DNA from: Vicinamibacterales bacterium
Lineage (GTDB): Bacteria > Acidobacteriota > Vicinamibacteria > Vicinamibacterales > 2-12-FULL-66-21
DNA length: 64,000 bases
Direction: 5' to 3'
Assembly (NCBI GenBank): GCA_036278735.1
Contig: DASUKM010000028.1
Span: 66,141-130,140 of the forward strand
Of this stretch, positions 51,472 through 61,210 are shown piece after piece; within the stretch, counting starts at the first letter, position 1; each line of letters starts with the position of its first letter. A program made the position numbers and the translations under genes. Below the pieces are notes generated by a model. That model had not been told where the DNA came from and ran no database searches. It saw only the letters and a list, made by a program, of their open reading frames with translations.

Positions 51472-52076
51472 CGGTTGAGGAACGCCCAGGCGGACGGCAG
51501 CACGGCGGCGGCGATCGCGATCTTCAGCAGATCCGCCACGACGAATGGATAGAAGCCCGCGCCGAGGGCGGCGGCGAAACCGACCGCGACAGGTCCGTAG
51601 GCGATCCACGCGATCCCGAACCCGTACACGATCGCGAGGCCCGCGAGCATCGCGACGAGCGACGTCGTGTAGCGCCGATCGAATCGGCGCTCGGCCAGGT
51701 AGCCGGCGACGAATGCGGCGAAGGGATAACTCATCAGGTAGCCGCCCGTCGGGCCGAGCAGGCGCGCGAACCCCTGCGGCAACACGGGAGACGCGGCGAA
51801 CACGGGCAGGCCCGCGATCCCCAGGACGAGGTACAGCACCTGGCTGCTCATTCCGAGCCGCGCGCCCAGCGCGGCCCCTCCCAGCAGCACGACCATCGGC
51901 TGCAGCGTGAACGGCACGGGCGTGAACGGCAGCGGAACGCTGACCTGTGCGGCCACGACTGTCAGCACCGTCACGAACAGCACCGCGCCGACGCGCAGGC
52001 CGGCCGATAGCTCCGCCCGTCCGGCGACGACGTGGAACAATGTCCCGGTGGGCAGTGGTTCGACCCGCACGCTCAT
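51459..52076 (-). CDS. bioY: biotin transporter BioY
   Basis: VSVPLPFTPVPFTLQPMVVLLGGAALG...GPTGGYLMSYPFAAF is the BioY pattern. ATG 52076. Confidence 0.85.
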   Translation of the reverse strand: MSVRVEPLPTGTLFHVVAGRAELSAGLRVGAVLFVTVLTVVAAQVSVPLPFTPVPFTLQPMVVLLGGAALGARLGMSSQVLYLVLGIAGLPVFAASPVLPQGFARLLGPTGGYLMSYPFAAFVAGYLAERRFDRRYTTSLVAMLAGLAIVYGFGIAWIAYGPVAVGFAAALGAGFYPFVVADLLKIAIAAAVLPSAWAFLNRYRT

Positions 52077-52094
52077 GGTTTCGGATTCTACTGT

Positions 52095-52883
52095 ATGCCT
52101 ACAGCACTGACAATCGCGGGCAGCGACTCGAGCGCGGGCGCCGGCATCCAGGCCGATTTGAAGACGTTCGCGGCCCACGGCGTGTACGGCACCTGCGCGG
52201 TCACGGCCGTGACCGCGCAGAATACGCTTGGCGTCGTCACCTGGATGGCGCTGCCCGCCGATCTCGTCACCGCGCAGATCGAAGCGGTCGTCGGAGATCT
52301 CGGGGCGGACGCCGTCAAGGTGGGCATGCTCGCCAACGCCGCGATCGTGGAAGCGGTGGGGGCTGCGATCGACGCCCTCGAACTCCGCCACGTCGTCGTC
52401 GATCCGGTGATGGTCGCCAAAGGGGGGGCCTCCCTGCTGGCAGACGAGGCGATCGGCGCGATGCGCGCCGAACTGCTGCCGCGCGCGCTGGTGCTGACGC
52501 CAAATGTCCCGGAAGCCGCGATGCTCGCGGACACCGTCATTCGGACCGTCGAGGACATGCGCCACGCCGCAAGCCGCATCCGGGCGCTCGGCCCCGGGAT
52601 CGTGGTCGTCAAGGGCGGACATCTCGACGGGCCGGAATCGATTGATGTCGTCTGCACGGGGGACACGACGTTCGAGCTGCGCCGCCCGCGGGTCGCCACC
52701 GCGCACACGCACGGAACGGGCTGCACCTTCTCGTCGGCCATCGCCGCCAACCTGGCCCTGGGACGGTCCATTCAGGATGCCGTGGAGGAAGCCCGGGCCT
52801 ACGTGGACGGGGCCATTCGCCACGCGCCCGGCCTCGGCCGAGGCCACGGCCCGCTGGAGCACTTCTGGAAACCCAACGCCTGA
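52095..52883 (+). CDS. thiD: hydroxymethylpyrimidine/phosphomethylpyrimidine kinase
   Basis: ALTIAGSDSSAGAGIQADLKTF, DPVMVAKGG, HGTGCTFSSAIAA. Confidence 0.9.
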   Translation: MPTALTIAGSDSSAGAGIQADLKTFAAHGVYGTCAVTAVTAQNTLGVVTWMALPADLVTAQIEAVVGDLGADAVKVGMLANAAIVEAVGAAIDALELRHVVVDPVMVAKGGASLLADEAIGAMRAELLPRALVLTPNVPEAAMLADTVIRTVEDMRHAASRIRALGPGIVVVKGGHLDGPESIDVVCTGDTTFELRRPRVATAHTHGTGCTFSSAIAANLALGRSIQDAVEEARAYVDGAIRHAPGLGRGHGPLEHFWKPNA

Positions 52884-52910
52884 AGCCCAAAGCCTAAAGC
52901 CCAAAGTCGA
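52883..52910. repeat. tandem heptamer repeat AAGCCYA x3-4
   Basis: aagccca aagccta aagccca aagtcga starts at the last base of the thiD stop codon. Intergenic thiD-moaE. Confidence 0.85.
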
Positions 52911-52927
52911 GAGCGTATACTCAACAT

Positions 52928-53398
52928 ATGGGGCCGTTCAGGGTGACTGACGAGCCGCTCGACGTGGGCGCGCTGGCCGAGGCTGTGGCCGGTCCTGCCG
53001 ACGGCGCCCTGGCGTCGTTCGTGGGACTGGTGCGTGACCACAACGCGGGGCGGCGCGTCCTGTCTCTGGAGTACGAGGCGTACGCACCTCTGGCGGTGCG
53101 CGTGTTCGAGCAGATCGCGGCCGAGGCGCGCGAACGCTGGCCCGAGGCGCGCGTGGCCATTCATCACCGGACCGGACGCCTCGACATCGGCGACGCGAGC
53201 GTCGTCGTGGTGGCCGCCTCTCCGCACCGTGGCGATGCGTTTGCCGCGTGCCGGTACGGGATCGAGCGCGTGAAGCAGATTGCGCCGATCTGGAAGCGCG
53301 AGCATTTCGAGGGGGGCGACGTCTGGATCGAGGGATCCCTCGCCGATCCCGGGGACGCCGCGGCGCGCGAAGCCGCGTACGCACGCGCATGTTCGTAA
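52928..53398 (+). CDS. moaE: molybdopterin synthase catalytic subunit MoaE
   Basis: GALASFVGLVRDHNAGRRVLSLEYEAY...HRTGRLDIGDASVVVVAASPHR...IAPIWKRE. Confidence 0.9.
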   Translation: MGPFRVTDEPLDVGALAEAVAGPADGALASFVGLVRDHNAGRRVLSLEYEAYAPLAVRVFEQIAAEARERWPEARVAIHHRTGRLDIGDASVVVVAASPHRGDAFAACRYGIERVKQIAPIWKREHFEGGDVWIEGSLADPGDAAAREAAYARACS

Positions 53399-53634
53399 CG
53401 GTCCGGCTGTTCGCGCGCTTGCGGGAACTGACGGGGGCCGCCGAGCTGACGCGGCAACTGCCGGACGGCTCGCGCGCGGCCGACGCATGGGATGCGCTGA
53501 CGCGTGAGTTCCCCGCGCTCGCGCCATACACGACATCGGTGTCGTGCGCCGTCAACGAAGCCTACGCCCGGCCGGCGCGCCCGCTCGCCGACGGCGACGA
53601 GGTGGCATTCCTGCCGCCGGTTTCCGGCGGGTGA
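53389..53634 (+). CDS. moaD: molybdopterin synthase sulfur-carrier subunit MoaD
   Basis: 81 aa, ubiquitin-like, ends DGDEVAFLPPVSGG (C-terminal GG). Overlaps the moaE 3' end by 10 nt. Confidence 0.85.
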   Translation: MFVTVRLFARLRELTGAAELTRQLPDGSRAADAWDALTREFPALAPYTTSVSCAVNEAYARPARPLADGDEVAFLPPVSGG

Positions 53635-53674
53635 ACGGTCCGCGCGGTTCGGATCCAGACCATAGACTACATTC

Positions 53675-54751
53675 ATGTTCGACAAGCTGAGCGCCGTCGA
53701 GTCCCGTTACGAGCAGTTGATGACCGAGATGGCCGACCCGGCCGTCCAGAGCGACACGACGAAGTTCCGTACGCACTCCAAGGCACTGGCGGAGATCCAG
53801 CCGCTCGTCGATCGCTTCCGGGAGTACAAGGACGTCGCCGCGCAGATCGCCGCCAGCGAGGAGCTGCTGAAGGATCCCGACATGCGGGAGCTCGCGCAGG
53901 AGGAGCTGAAGGCGCTCGAGCCGCGCCGCGACGCGCTCTTCGCGGACCTCAAGCTGCTCCTGGTGCCGCGCGATCCGAACGACGCCCGCAACGTGATGCT
54001 CGAGATCCGCGCCGGCACCGGCGGCGAGGAAGCGGCGCTGTTCGCCGGCGACCTGTTCCGCATGTACTCGCGGTTCGCCGAGCGGCAGGGCTGGAAAATC
54101 GACGTGCTGTCGGAAAGCGGCAGTGGCGTCGGCGGCATCAAGGAGGTGATCGCGCTCATCGAGGGGCGCAGCGTCTACAGCCGGCTGAAGTACGAGAGCG
54201 GCGTGCACCGCGTGCAGCGCGTGCCCGCCACGGAAGCGAGCGGCCGCATCCACACGTCGACGGCGACGGTCGCGGTGCTCCCGGAAGCGGAGGAGGTCGA
54301 CGTCAACATCGACGCGAAAGACCTCCGGATCGACACGTTCTGTTCGAGCGGTCCGGGCGGCCAGAGCGTCAATACGACGTATTCCGCCGTGCGGATCACC
54401 CATCTGCCGACCGGCCTGGTCGTGTCGCAGCAGGACGAGAAGTCGCAGATCAAGAACAAGGCGAAGGCGCTCAAGGTCTTGCGCTCGCGGCTCTACGAGA
54501 TGGAGATGCAGAAGCAGCAGGACGCGATCGCGAAGGACCGCCGATCGCAGGTCGGCTCGGGCGACCGCTCCGAAAAGATCCGCACCTACAACTTTCGCGA
54601 CAACCGCATCACCGATCACCGCATCGGCTACACGATGCACCAGCTCTCGGAAGCGCTCGACGGCGCCCTCGACGATCTGATCGACAACGTCGTGAACTAC
54701 TATCAGTCCGAAAAGCTGAAGGAGGCGACGGCGGCCGACGCGTCCCGGTGA
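53675..54751 (+). CDS. prfA: peptide chain release factor 1
   Basis: PAT tripeptide ([14 protein letters not shown]), GGQ ([12 protein letters not shown]), full-length RF1 layout. Confidence 0.95.
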   Translation: MFDKLSAVESRYEQLMTEMADPAVQSDTTKFRTHSKALAEIQPLVDRFREYKDVAAQIAASEELLKDPDMRELAQEELKALEPRRDALFADLKLLLVPRDPNDARNVMLEIRAGTGGEEAALFAGDLFRMYSRFAERQGWKIDVLSESGSGVGGIKEVIALIEGRSVYSRLKYESGVHRVQRVPATEASGRIHTSTATVAVLPEAEEVDVNIDAKDLRIDTFCSSGPGGQSVNTTYSAVRITHLPTGLVVSQQDEKSQIKNKAKALKVLRSRLYEMEMQKQQDAIAKDRRSQVGSGDRSEKIRTYNFRDNRITDHRIGYTMHQLSEALDGALDDLIDNVVNYYQSEKLKEATAADASR

Positions 54752-55617
54752 TGGCGACGCTGCAGGAACACCTCGGGCGCGCGCGCGAGACGCTGACCTC
54801 GGCGGGCATCGCGCCCGGCGAGGCCGCGCTCGACGTCGACGTGCTCGCGCGGCACGTGCTCGGGTGGGATCGCGCCCGGCTGCTGTCGTCGCTTCGCGAC
54901 GGCGCGCCCCGCGGATTCGAATCGAGCTACAGCCGCCTGATCGCCAGGCGCGCCTGCCGCGAACCGGTCGCGCAGATTACCGGCATCCGCGAGTTCTGGG
55001 GCCTGGATTTCGAGGTCACGCGGGACGTCCTGACGCCCCGCCCGGAAACCGAACTGATCGTCGAGGAGGCGCTCGCGCAGTTTCCCGGTCCCGGCGCGTC
55101 GGTCCGCTCCCTCGCCATCGCCGACGTCGGCACCGGCAGCGGCTGCCTGGCCGTCGCGCTCGCGCGCGAGTTTCCCCGATCAAAAGTCGTCGCGACCGAC
55201 ATTTCCAGCGCCGCGCTCGCCGTCGCGAGCCGCAACGCCGTCAGGCATGCCGTGAACGACCGCATCGCGCTCGTCGAGACGTCGTACCTTCCCTCGACGC
55301 GGCCGCTCGACTTGATCGTGTCGAACCCGCCGTACATCGCCAACCGGGACGCGGCGAGCCTGCCTCCGGAGGTGCGCGATTACGAACCGCACGAGGCGCT
55401 CTTTGCCGGGCCGGATGGCTTCCAGGTGTACCGCGGTCTGCTCGATCTCGCCTCCGGCGTCGCGGACGGCGGCCGGATGATCCTCGAGCTGGGCTACGAT
55501 CAGCTCGAGCCGGTGACCACTTCTGCGACGGCGCACGGCTGGACCGTCGTCTCGGTGCGCCACGACCTGCAGGGCATCCCGCGCGTGCTCGCGCTCGCGC
55601 CCACGGGGAGATCCTGA
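54748..55617 (+). CDS. prmC: release-factor glutamine N5-methyltransferase PrmC
   Basis: [14 protein letters not shown] (motif I), VSNPPYI (NPPY). ATGA overlap with prfA. Confidence 0.9.
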   Translation: MMATLQEHLGRARETLTSAGIAPGEAALDVDVLARHVLGWDRARLLSSLRDGAPRGFESSYSRLIARRACREPVAQITGIREFWGLDFEVTRDVLTPRPETELIVEEALAQFPGPGASVRSLAIADVGTGSGCLAVALAREFPRSKVVATDISSAALAVASRNAVRHAVNDRIALVETSYLPSTRPLDLIVSNPPYIANRDAASLPPEVRDYEPHEALFAGPDGFQVYRGLLDLASGVADGGRMILELGYDQLEPVTTSATAHGWTVVSVRHDLQGIPRVLALAPTGRS

Positions 55618-55961
55618 TGTCCGATTGCCTGTTCTGCCGGATTGCCGAAGGGGAGATTCCCGTCTCGATCGTTTACCAGGACGACCACCTGGTCGCCTTC
55701 GACGACATCAACCCGCAAGCGCCGACCCATGTGCTCATCGTGCCTCGCCGCCACATCGCGACGCTCGACGCGCTGGAGCCGGGCGACGATGCGCTCGTGG
55801 GGGAGATGGTGCGGCGCGCGGCCGCCATCGCGCGCGAGCGCGGGATCGCCGCCGGCGGCTACCGGACGATCTTCAACACGAACGCCGACGCCGGCCAGAC
55901 GGTGTTCCACATCCACCTGCACCTCGTCGGCGGCCGCCGGATGCAGTGGCCGCCGGGATAA
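55617..55961 (+). CDS. HIT-family (histidine triad) protein
   Basis: CLFCRI...APTHVLIVPRRH...HIHLHLVGG (HxHxHxx). Confidence 0.9.
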   Translation: MSDCLFCRIAEGEIPVSIVYQDDHLVAFDDINPQAPTHVLIVPRRHIATLDALEPGDDALVGEMVRRAAAIARERGIAAGGYRTIFNTNADAGQTVFHIHLHLVGGRRMQWPPG

Positions 55962-55973
55962 ACAACAGCCACG

Positions 55974-56001
55974 CTGGAAGCTGCAAGCTGCAGTCTGCTA
56001 T
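55974..56001. repeat. tandem heptamer repeat CTGCARN x4
   Basis: ctggaag ctgcaag ctgcagt ctgctat lies between the convergent HIT and GNAT-like genes. Confidence 0.8.
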
Positions 56002-56012
56002 GGGTCAGCTCT

Positions 56013-56828
56013 TTACGGGCTGATCAGAGAGAACCTGTACACTCCACCCGCCCGTCCTGGCGCCGGGATGAAATCGGTCACGAAATATCCGCGGCCGAGG
56101 TACGTCTGCGCGATGGTGCGGAACGCGAGACGCCACTCGAGCGCGAGCGCAGGCTCCGCTCCCTGCATCTCGTCGAAGCGCGGCGGAATTTCCACGAGGA
56201 CGTCCGGCGCGTCGAGCGTCAGGTCCGGCCGCCCGGGCCGCGGCCAGCGGGCAGCGGAGCGCGACGGGTTGACGACTGGCGCGTCGATCCGGGCGGTTCC
56301 TGACTCGGACGCGAGCCTGCGCACGACGCGCTCGCTGTCGAGGCGCCACTCCGCCACGAAGCGATCCGTCGGTGTGCCTCGATGCAGCGCGCTGCTCGAT
56401 TCGCCGTACACGTTCTCTTCGTACTCGAAGACGAGGACGCCGAGGCGGACGAAATTGAAATGGGCGTTGAGCGCCTGCAGCGGATCGAAGGTCCACTCGA
56501 TGAGGCTCGTCCCCATCGCCAGCGCGCGCTCGCGCTGCGCCAGCTTCAGCAGGCGCCCGAGCCCGTGGTCCCGCGCACCGCGCGCGACGCCGAGCATGTG
56601 CGACCACTGCGTCGGACGGCCGTTCTTCGCCGCCGGCATGGAATAGACGAACCCGGCCATCGCGCCCCGCTCGTCGAAGGCGCCGAGCAGGATGCCGCCG
56701 CGCTTCGCGGACACGATCAGGAGCGGCGCGGGGACGACGTCCTCGGCGTCCGTGTAGCCCCACACCTCGCGCTCGAGCGCCACCACCTGGCGGCAGTCGT
56801 CGAGCGACACGAGATCCCGGATCGTCAC
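56013..56828 (-). CDS. GNAT-like acetyltransferase-fold protein (tentative)
   Basis: VALEREVWGY...GGILLGAFDERGAMAGFVYSMP...GLGRLLKLAQRERALAMG resembles a GNAT core. GTG 56828 overlaps the upstream stop (GTGA). Only the C-terminal 271 aa of the track ORF are credible. Confidence 0.5.
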   Translation of the reverse strand: MTIRDLVSLDDCRQVVALEREVWGYTDAEDVVPAPLLIVSAKRGGILLGAFDERGAMAGFVYSMPAAKNGRPTQWSHMLGVARGARDHGLGRLLKLAQRERALAMGTSLIEWTFDPLQALNAHFNFVRLGVLVFEYEENVYGESSSALHRGTPTDRFVAEWRLDSERVVRRLASESGTARIDAPVVNPSRSAARWPRPGRPDLTLDAPDVLVEIPPRFDEMQGAEPALALEWRLAFRTIAQTYLGRGYFVTDFIPAPGRAGGVYRFSLISP

Positions 56829-57520
56829 AGCAGCGGGGGCAGTTCGCGCAACGAGCGGATCACCGGGATGTCGGGGGGGCAGGCACGCGACACGCCGGAC
56901 CGCGCGACGAGCACCCCGCGCATGCCGAGCCGGCGCGCCCCTTCGATGTCGTGAGGGACGCTGTCGCCGACCATCACGGCCTCGGCCGGCAGAGCGCCGG
57001 CCCGCCGCAGCGCCTCTTCGAAGATGCTCGGGTGCGGTTTCATATAGCCGTGGTCCGAGGACGAGAGCGCGACGGCAAACAGACCGCTGAGGCCGAAGTG
57101 CTCCTCGAAGGAGGCGAGCGACCGCTGTGTGTTCGAGATCAGGCCGATCCGGAACCCTCGCGCGTGCAAAGCGCGCAGCACGTCGGGCACGTCTTCGTAC
57201 AGCGAGAAATGGCGGCACGCCGCCCACTCGCCGTAGATGTCGGCTGCCGCCGCGTCGATCTGCGCCCCGCGCCCGCCCATCCCCTCGATGATCCGGCGCG
57301 TATACCGGACAAACACGGCCGGGTCATACGTCCCGCCGCCAGCGTCCGCGTCCAGCAGGCCCGAGGCGGCCGCGACGGCGGCGTCGAACCGCGCGGGATC
57401 CACGTCGATGCCGCGGCGCGCGCAGAACTCCCGATACCCCGCCCCCTGGAACATCGGGCCGGGATAGATGAGCGTGAAGTCGACATCGAAGAAGACCGCG
57501 CGTGTCGGAGGACGGGGCAT
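56825..57520 (-). CDS. HAD-superfamily hydrolase
   Basis: AVFFDVDFTLI (DxDxT), GLISNT, MVGDSVPHDIEG. Confidence 0.85.
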   Translation of the reverse strand: MPRPPTRAVFFDVDFTLIYPGPMFQGAGYREFCARRGIDVDPARFDAAVAAASGLLDADAGGGTYDPAVFVRYTRRIIEGMGGRGAQIDAAAADIYGEWAACRHFSLYEDVPDVLRALHARGFRIGLISNTQRSLASFEEHFGLSGLFAVALSSSDHGYMKPHPSIFEEALRRAGALPAEAVMVGDSVPHDIEGARRLGMRGVLVARSGVSRACPPDIPVIRSLRELPPLL

Positions 57521-58797
57521 CAGGGTTCGGCGGGCACCGGCCCGGCCACGGCGACCGCGGCACGGGAAGGCTCGAGAATCGCGCGGCCGGCGGCCTCGAT
57601 GTCTTCGCGCGTGACCGCCTCGATCAGTCCGGGCAGGCGGCGATCGTAGTCCGGCCCGAGCCCGAAGAATTCGGACGTCTGCAGGAACGCCGCGATGCTC
57701 TGATTGGTCTCGAGCAGGCGCGGAATCGATCCGACGAGGAACTGCCGCGTTTCTTCGACCTCCTGATCGGTCGGCCCGCCGTCGGCCAGGACGGCGACCT
57801 CGTAGTCGATCGCGGCAACCGCCCGATCGACGTTGCGCGGATCGACCCCGGCGCGCACGACGAGCGGCCCCGGCCCGACGCTCGGGTCGAACGCGCTGAA
57901 GGCGTAATACGCCATCCCCTGCCGTTCCCGGATGTTCTCCGCCAGCCGGCCGCCGATCCCGAACTGCCCGAGAATGTTGTTCAGCATCCAGCAGGCGTAA
58001 TACGACGGATCGAGCCGCGCGATCGTCACGAAGCCGTACGCGATGTCACTCTGCGGCTTCTCGCGCATCGGCACGACGACGCATTGACGGGCAGACGGAT
58101 GCGGCACCGGCGGCACGGCGCGCTCGGGCGGAGCCGGCGCGTCCCAGTCGCCGAGCACGTCGCCGGCGCACGCGAGCGCGCGCGCAGGCGGGACGTCGCC
58201 CACGATCGCGAGCGACAGCGCCGCGGGGGCGAACCGGCCGGCGTGGAAGGCCCGGAGCGCATCCCGGGTAACCGCCTCCGCGCCGGCAATCGTGCCCTTG
58301 CCCGGACGCCCGTACGGGTGCTCGCCGCCGTAGAGCAGCCGCTGAAGCGCTTCGTGCGCGCATACGGCCGGGTTGTCGTCGTCCTGCCGGATGGACGTGA
58401 TGATTTCGGCGCGGCGCTTCTCGATCTCGGCCTCCGGAAACGCCGGCCGCCGGGCGACGTCCGCCATCACCGCGAGGATCGTCTCGAAGTCCTCGGACAG
58501 GCAGGTGCACGAGAGGGCCAGCGTGTGGCGATTGACCGAGACCTTCAGGGCGACGCCGCTCTCGTCGAGCGTTTCGGCAATCTGTCCGGCGGATCGGTCC
58601 GCGGTGCCGCGGTCGATCACGCGCCCGAGAAACCAGGCGAGACCTGGCAGGCCGGCGGGCTCGTACAGGCCCCCGGCGCGGAAGGACGCGCTGATCGTGA
58701 CCGACGGACTGAACGACGTCTCCTGAACGATCACGCGGGCGCCGTTCGACAGCACGTCTCTGACCGGCGCCAGCCCCGCCACGGCGGTGTCCCTCAT
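57520..58797 (-). CDS. M16 family peptidase, non-catalytic-type subunit
   Basis: M16 two-domain layout without HxxEH (GLAWFLGRVIDRGT at the equivalent position). Overlaps the upstream gene end. Confidence 0.8.
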   Translation of the reverse strand: MRDTAVAGLAPVRDVLSNGARVIVQETSFSPSVTISASFRAGGLYEPAGLPGLAWFLGRVIDRGTADRSAGQIAETLDESGVALKVSVNRHTLALSCTCLSEDFETILAVMADVARRPAFPEAEIEKRRAEIITSIRQDDDNPAVCAHEALQRLLYGGEHPYGRPGKGTIAGAEAVTRDALRAFHAGRFAPAALSLAIVGDVPPARALACAGDVLGDWDAPAPPERAVPPVPHPSARQCVVVPMREKPQSDIAYGFVTIARLDPSYYACWMLNNILGQFGIGGRLAENIRERQGMAYYAFSAFDPSVGPGPLVVRAGVDPRNVDRAVAAIDYEVAVLADGGPTDQEVEETRQFLVGSIPRLLETNQSIAAFLQTSEFFGLGPDYDRRLPGLIEAVTREDIEAAGRAILEPSRAAVAVAGPVPAEP

Positions 58798-60131
58798 GCG
58801 CCACGCTCCAACGGCTGGAACCAGCCGGTGGTCCGCTGGTCTCTCGCCAGGCGGCGACGCGCGACATCCGCCACCTGTTCCGGCGTCACGGCTTCGACGC
58901 CGGCGGTAATCCGTTCGAAGTAGCCGTCACCGGCGACTGTCGCGAAATAGCCCAGCTGGTGGGCGATGTTGGTCACGCTGTCGGTCTCGAACACCAGCCG
59001 CGCGCGCAACTGCCGCTTCGCGCGCGCGACCTCCGCCTCGGTCAACCCGCGCGCGCGCACCTCTTCGATCGCCGCGACCGCCGCCGCTTCGAGCGACGCG
59101 AGCGACACGCCCTCGGTCGCCGTCAGCGAGAGGCTGTAGAGAAACGGTTCGGCCGTCGGAATCAGCGCGCCGCTGACCATCGAGGCGAGGCCGCGCTCGA
59201 CGAGCGCCGTGTAGACGCGCGCCTTGCGCTGCGGCGGCATACCGCGGAAGCTCGACCAGAGATTCACCCCTTTCGCGCCGGTCAAGGCCGCGTCGAGCAC
59301 GAGCATCGGAAAGAAATCGGCGCCCGACGCCGCCGGCGCATGCCACGCGAACTTCAGGTACGCCGTCGTGCCGTCGCGCTCGATCAGCACGCGGCGCTCC
59401 CCCACCTGCGGCGGCTCCGGCGCGCGCCGCCGCACCGGCGAGGTTCCGGCCGGAATCCGGCCGAATCGCCGATCGACGGTCCGCAGCACGTCATCGGCGT
59501 CGACGTCGCCGACGATGACGAGCGTGGCGCTCGCGGGCACGTAGTGGCGGCGGTAATGGCCGTAGAGATCGTCGCGCCCCATCGCGCGGAGGTCGTCGAC
59601 CCAGCCGATGGTCGGATGCCGGTAGGGATGCGCCCTGAACGCCGTCGCCGTCACCTCGGTATCGAGGAGCTGATCGGGATCGTTGTCGCCTCCCTGCAGC
59701 TCCGAGATGATGACGGTCCGCTCCGACTCGCACTCCTCCGGTTCGTACAGGCCGTTGGTCATCCGCTCGGCTTCGATGAACAGCATCTGATCGAGCGCCG
59801 AGGGGGCGGCGGTCTCGAGATACGTCGTCTGGTCGATCCAGGTGTAGCCGTTCCAGGTTCCGCCGAACTTCTCCACGATCCCCTTCATCTGATCGCGGGA
59901 AATGTTGACCGTGCCCTTGAAGTTCATGTGCTCGACCCAGTGGGAGACACCGGTCAGGCCCGGAGGTTCGTCGCCGGAGCCCACGCGGTACCAACACCAG
60001 ACCGACACCAGTGGCGCGGCATGGACTTCCTTCACGAGTACCCGCAGTCCGTTGTCGAGAGACACCGCGCGAACAGCGGGGGCGCTGGGGGCGTCGGAAA
60101 CGGCCATGGGGATCATTATAGGTGCCGCCAA
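58794..60131 (-). CDS. M16 family zinc peptidase, catalytic-type subunit
   Basis: GVSHWVEHMNFKGT (HxxEH) and downstream Glu region. Several in-frame Met codons near the N-terminus make the exact start uncertain. Confidence 0.85.
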   Translation of the reverse strand: MAAPIMIPMAVSDAPSAPAVRAVSLDNGLRVLVKEVHAAPLVSVWCWYRVGSGDEPPGLTGVSHWVEHMNFKGTVNISRDQMKGIVEKFGGTWNGYTWIDQTTYLETAAPSALDQMLFIEAERMTNGLYEPEECESERTVIISELQGGDNDPDQLLDTEVTATAFRAHPYRHPTIGWVDDLRAMGRDDLYGHYRRHYVPASATLVIVGDVDADDVLRTVDRRFGRIPAGTSPVRRRAPEPPQVGERRVLIERDGTTAYLKFAWHAPAASGADFFPMLVLDAALTGAKGVNLWSSFRGMPPQRKARVYTALVERGLASMVSGALIPTAEPFLYSLSLTATEGVSLASLEAAAVAAIEEVRARGLTEAEVARAKRQLRARLVFETDSVTNIAHQLGYFATVAGDGYFERITAGVEAVTPEQVADVARRRLARDQRTTGWFQPLERGA

Positions 60132-60284
60132 AGGCCATCCATGGCGGCCCGGCCGCCCCAGCCGGGCTCGCTACAGCCGAGCTACAGTGGATCGCCCCTT
60201 GCATTTTCAGGGCATGATCTGGAGCCCTCGAACCCGACTTTGCATTCCGATGAGAACAAGATATCAGCCAAGGAGGCCAGTAAC

Positions 60285-61091
60285 ATGTTGAAGCGGACGG
60301 TTTTCGGCGCCCTATGCGCCGCGGCGCTGCTCGTGGTCGCGACCGCGGCCCAGGCGCAGGACAGCGCCACCCTCACGTTGAAATCCGGCAAGCAGGTCAC
60401 CGGCCAGCTCGTCGATTTGAACGCCTCTGGATTTACGGTCAGCGTGAACGGGCAGAACCGTCAAATCCCCGAAGACGACGTCGCGGTGATCGATTTCAGC
60501 GGCGGCACGATGAGCACTGCCGACTGGGCGAAGTACAACGGCAGCCAGCAGGTCGTGCTGCGCAACGGCGACCGTGTCGACGGTCAGCTGTACGACATCA
60601 GCGGAAAGAGTCCGCTGAAGATCACCGTCAAGACGAGCAACGGCGATCGCGACCTGTCGTCGGACGACATCTCGCGCATCATCCTGGCGCGCCCCTCGAA
60701 TGCCGTCGCCACCACCGGTCAGGCCGCCGGCACCTTCTCGGTGCTCGCCAATCAGCAGTGGACGCCGACCGGCATCACGGTGACGCGTGGTCAGATCCTC
60801 TCGTTCGACACGAACGGCCAGATTCAGTTGAGCGCCAACTCCGACGACGTGGCGACGTCCGCCGGATCGACGAACCAGCGCTACATCTCGGGTGCGCCCC
60901 TGCCGCGGTCGCTCGCCGGCGCGCTGATCGGACGGATCGGCAGCGGACAGCCCTTCGGGATCGGCAATCAGACCTCCGTCACGATGCCCGCGACGGGTCA
61001 GCTGTATCTCGGCATCAACGACAACAGCGTGGGCGACAACCAGGGCTCGTTCCAGGTGACGATTCAGAAGCCGGGCAGCACCCGGCCGTAA
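60285..61091 (+). CDS. secreted protein with C-terminal LecA/PA-IL-like lectin domain
   Basis: Signal peptide MLKRTVFGALCAAALLVVATAAQA. The C-terminal GALIGRIGSGQPFGIGNQ...GQLYLGINDNSVGDNQGSFQVTI parallels the PA-IL sequence as I recall it (GALVMKIGNSG...[23 protein letters not shown]). AAGGAGG SD. Confidence 0.65.
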   Translation: MLKRTVFGALCAAALLVVATAAQAQDSATLTLKSGKQVTGQLVDLNASGFTVSVNGQNRQIPEDDVAVIDFSGGTMSTADWAKYNGSQQVVLRNGDRVDGQLYDISGKSPLKITVKTSNGDRDLSSDDISRIILARPSNAVATTGQAAGTFSVLANQQWTPTGITVTRGQILSFDTNGQIQLSANSDDVATSAGSTNQRYISGAPLPRSLAGALIGRIGSGQPFGIGNQTSVTMPATGQLYLGINDNSVGDNQGSFQVTIQKPGSTRP

Positions 61092-61210
61092 CAGGCGTCG
61101 AGCGCAGACGGACGAGCCGGTATTCCCGCGCGGCGGGGAGCCGGCTCGTTCGCATGTACGGCAATCGCCGAACGGGCGTATCCGATGCCGTAGAATAAGA
61201 AGATCAGCCG

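Noticed and set aside
61112-61149. Hairpin ACGAGCCGG...CCGGCTCGT (with inner CCCGC-gcg-GCGGG) after the lectin-like gene, considered as a terminator
   Set aside because: The stem is real, but there is no U-tract and the loop is large. The evidence is too weak to list as a terminator feature.
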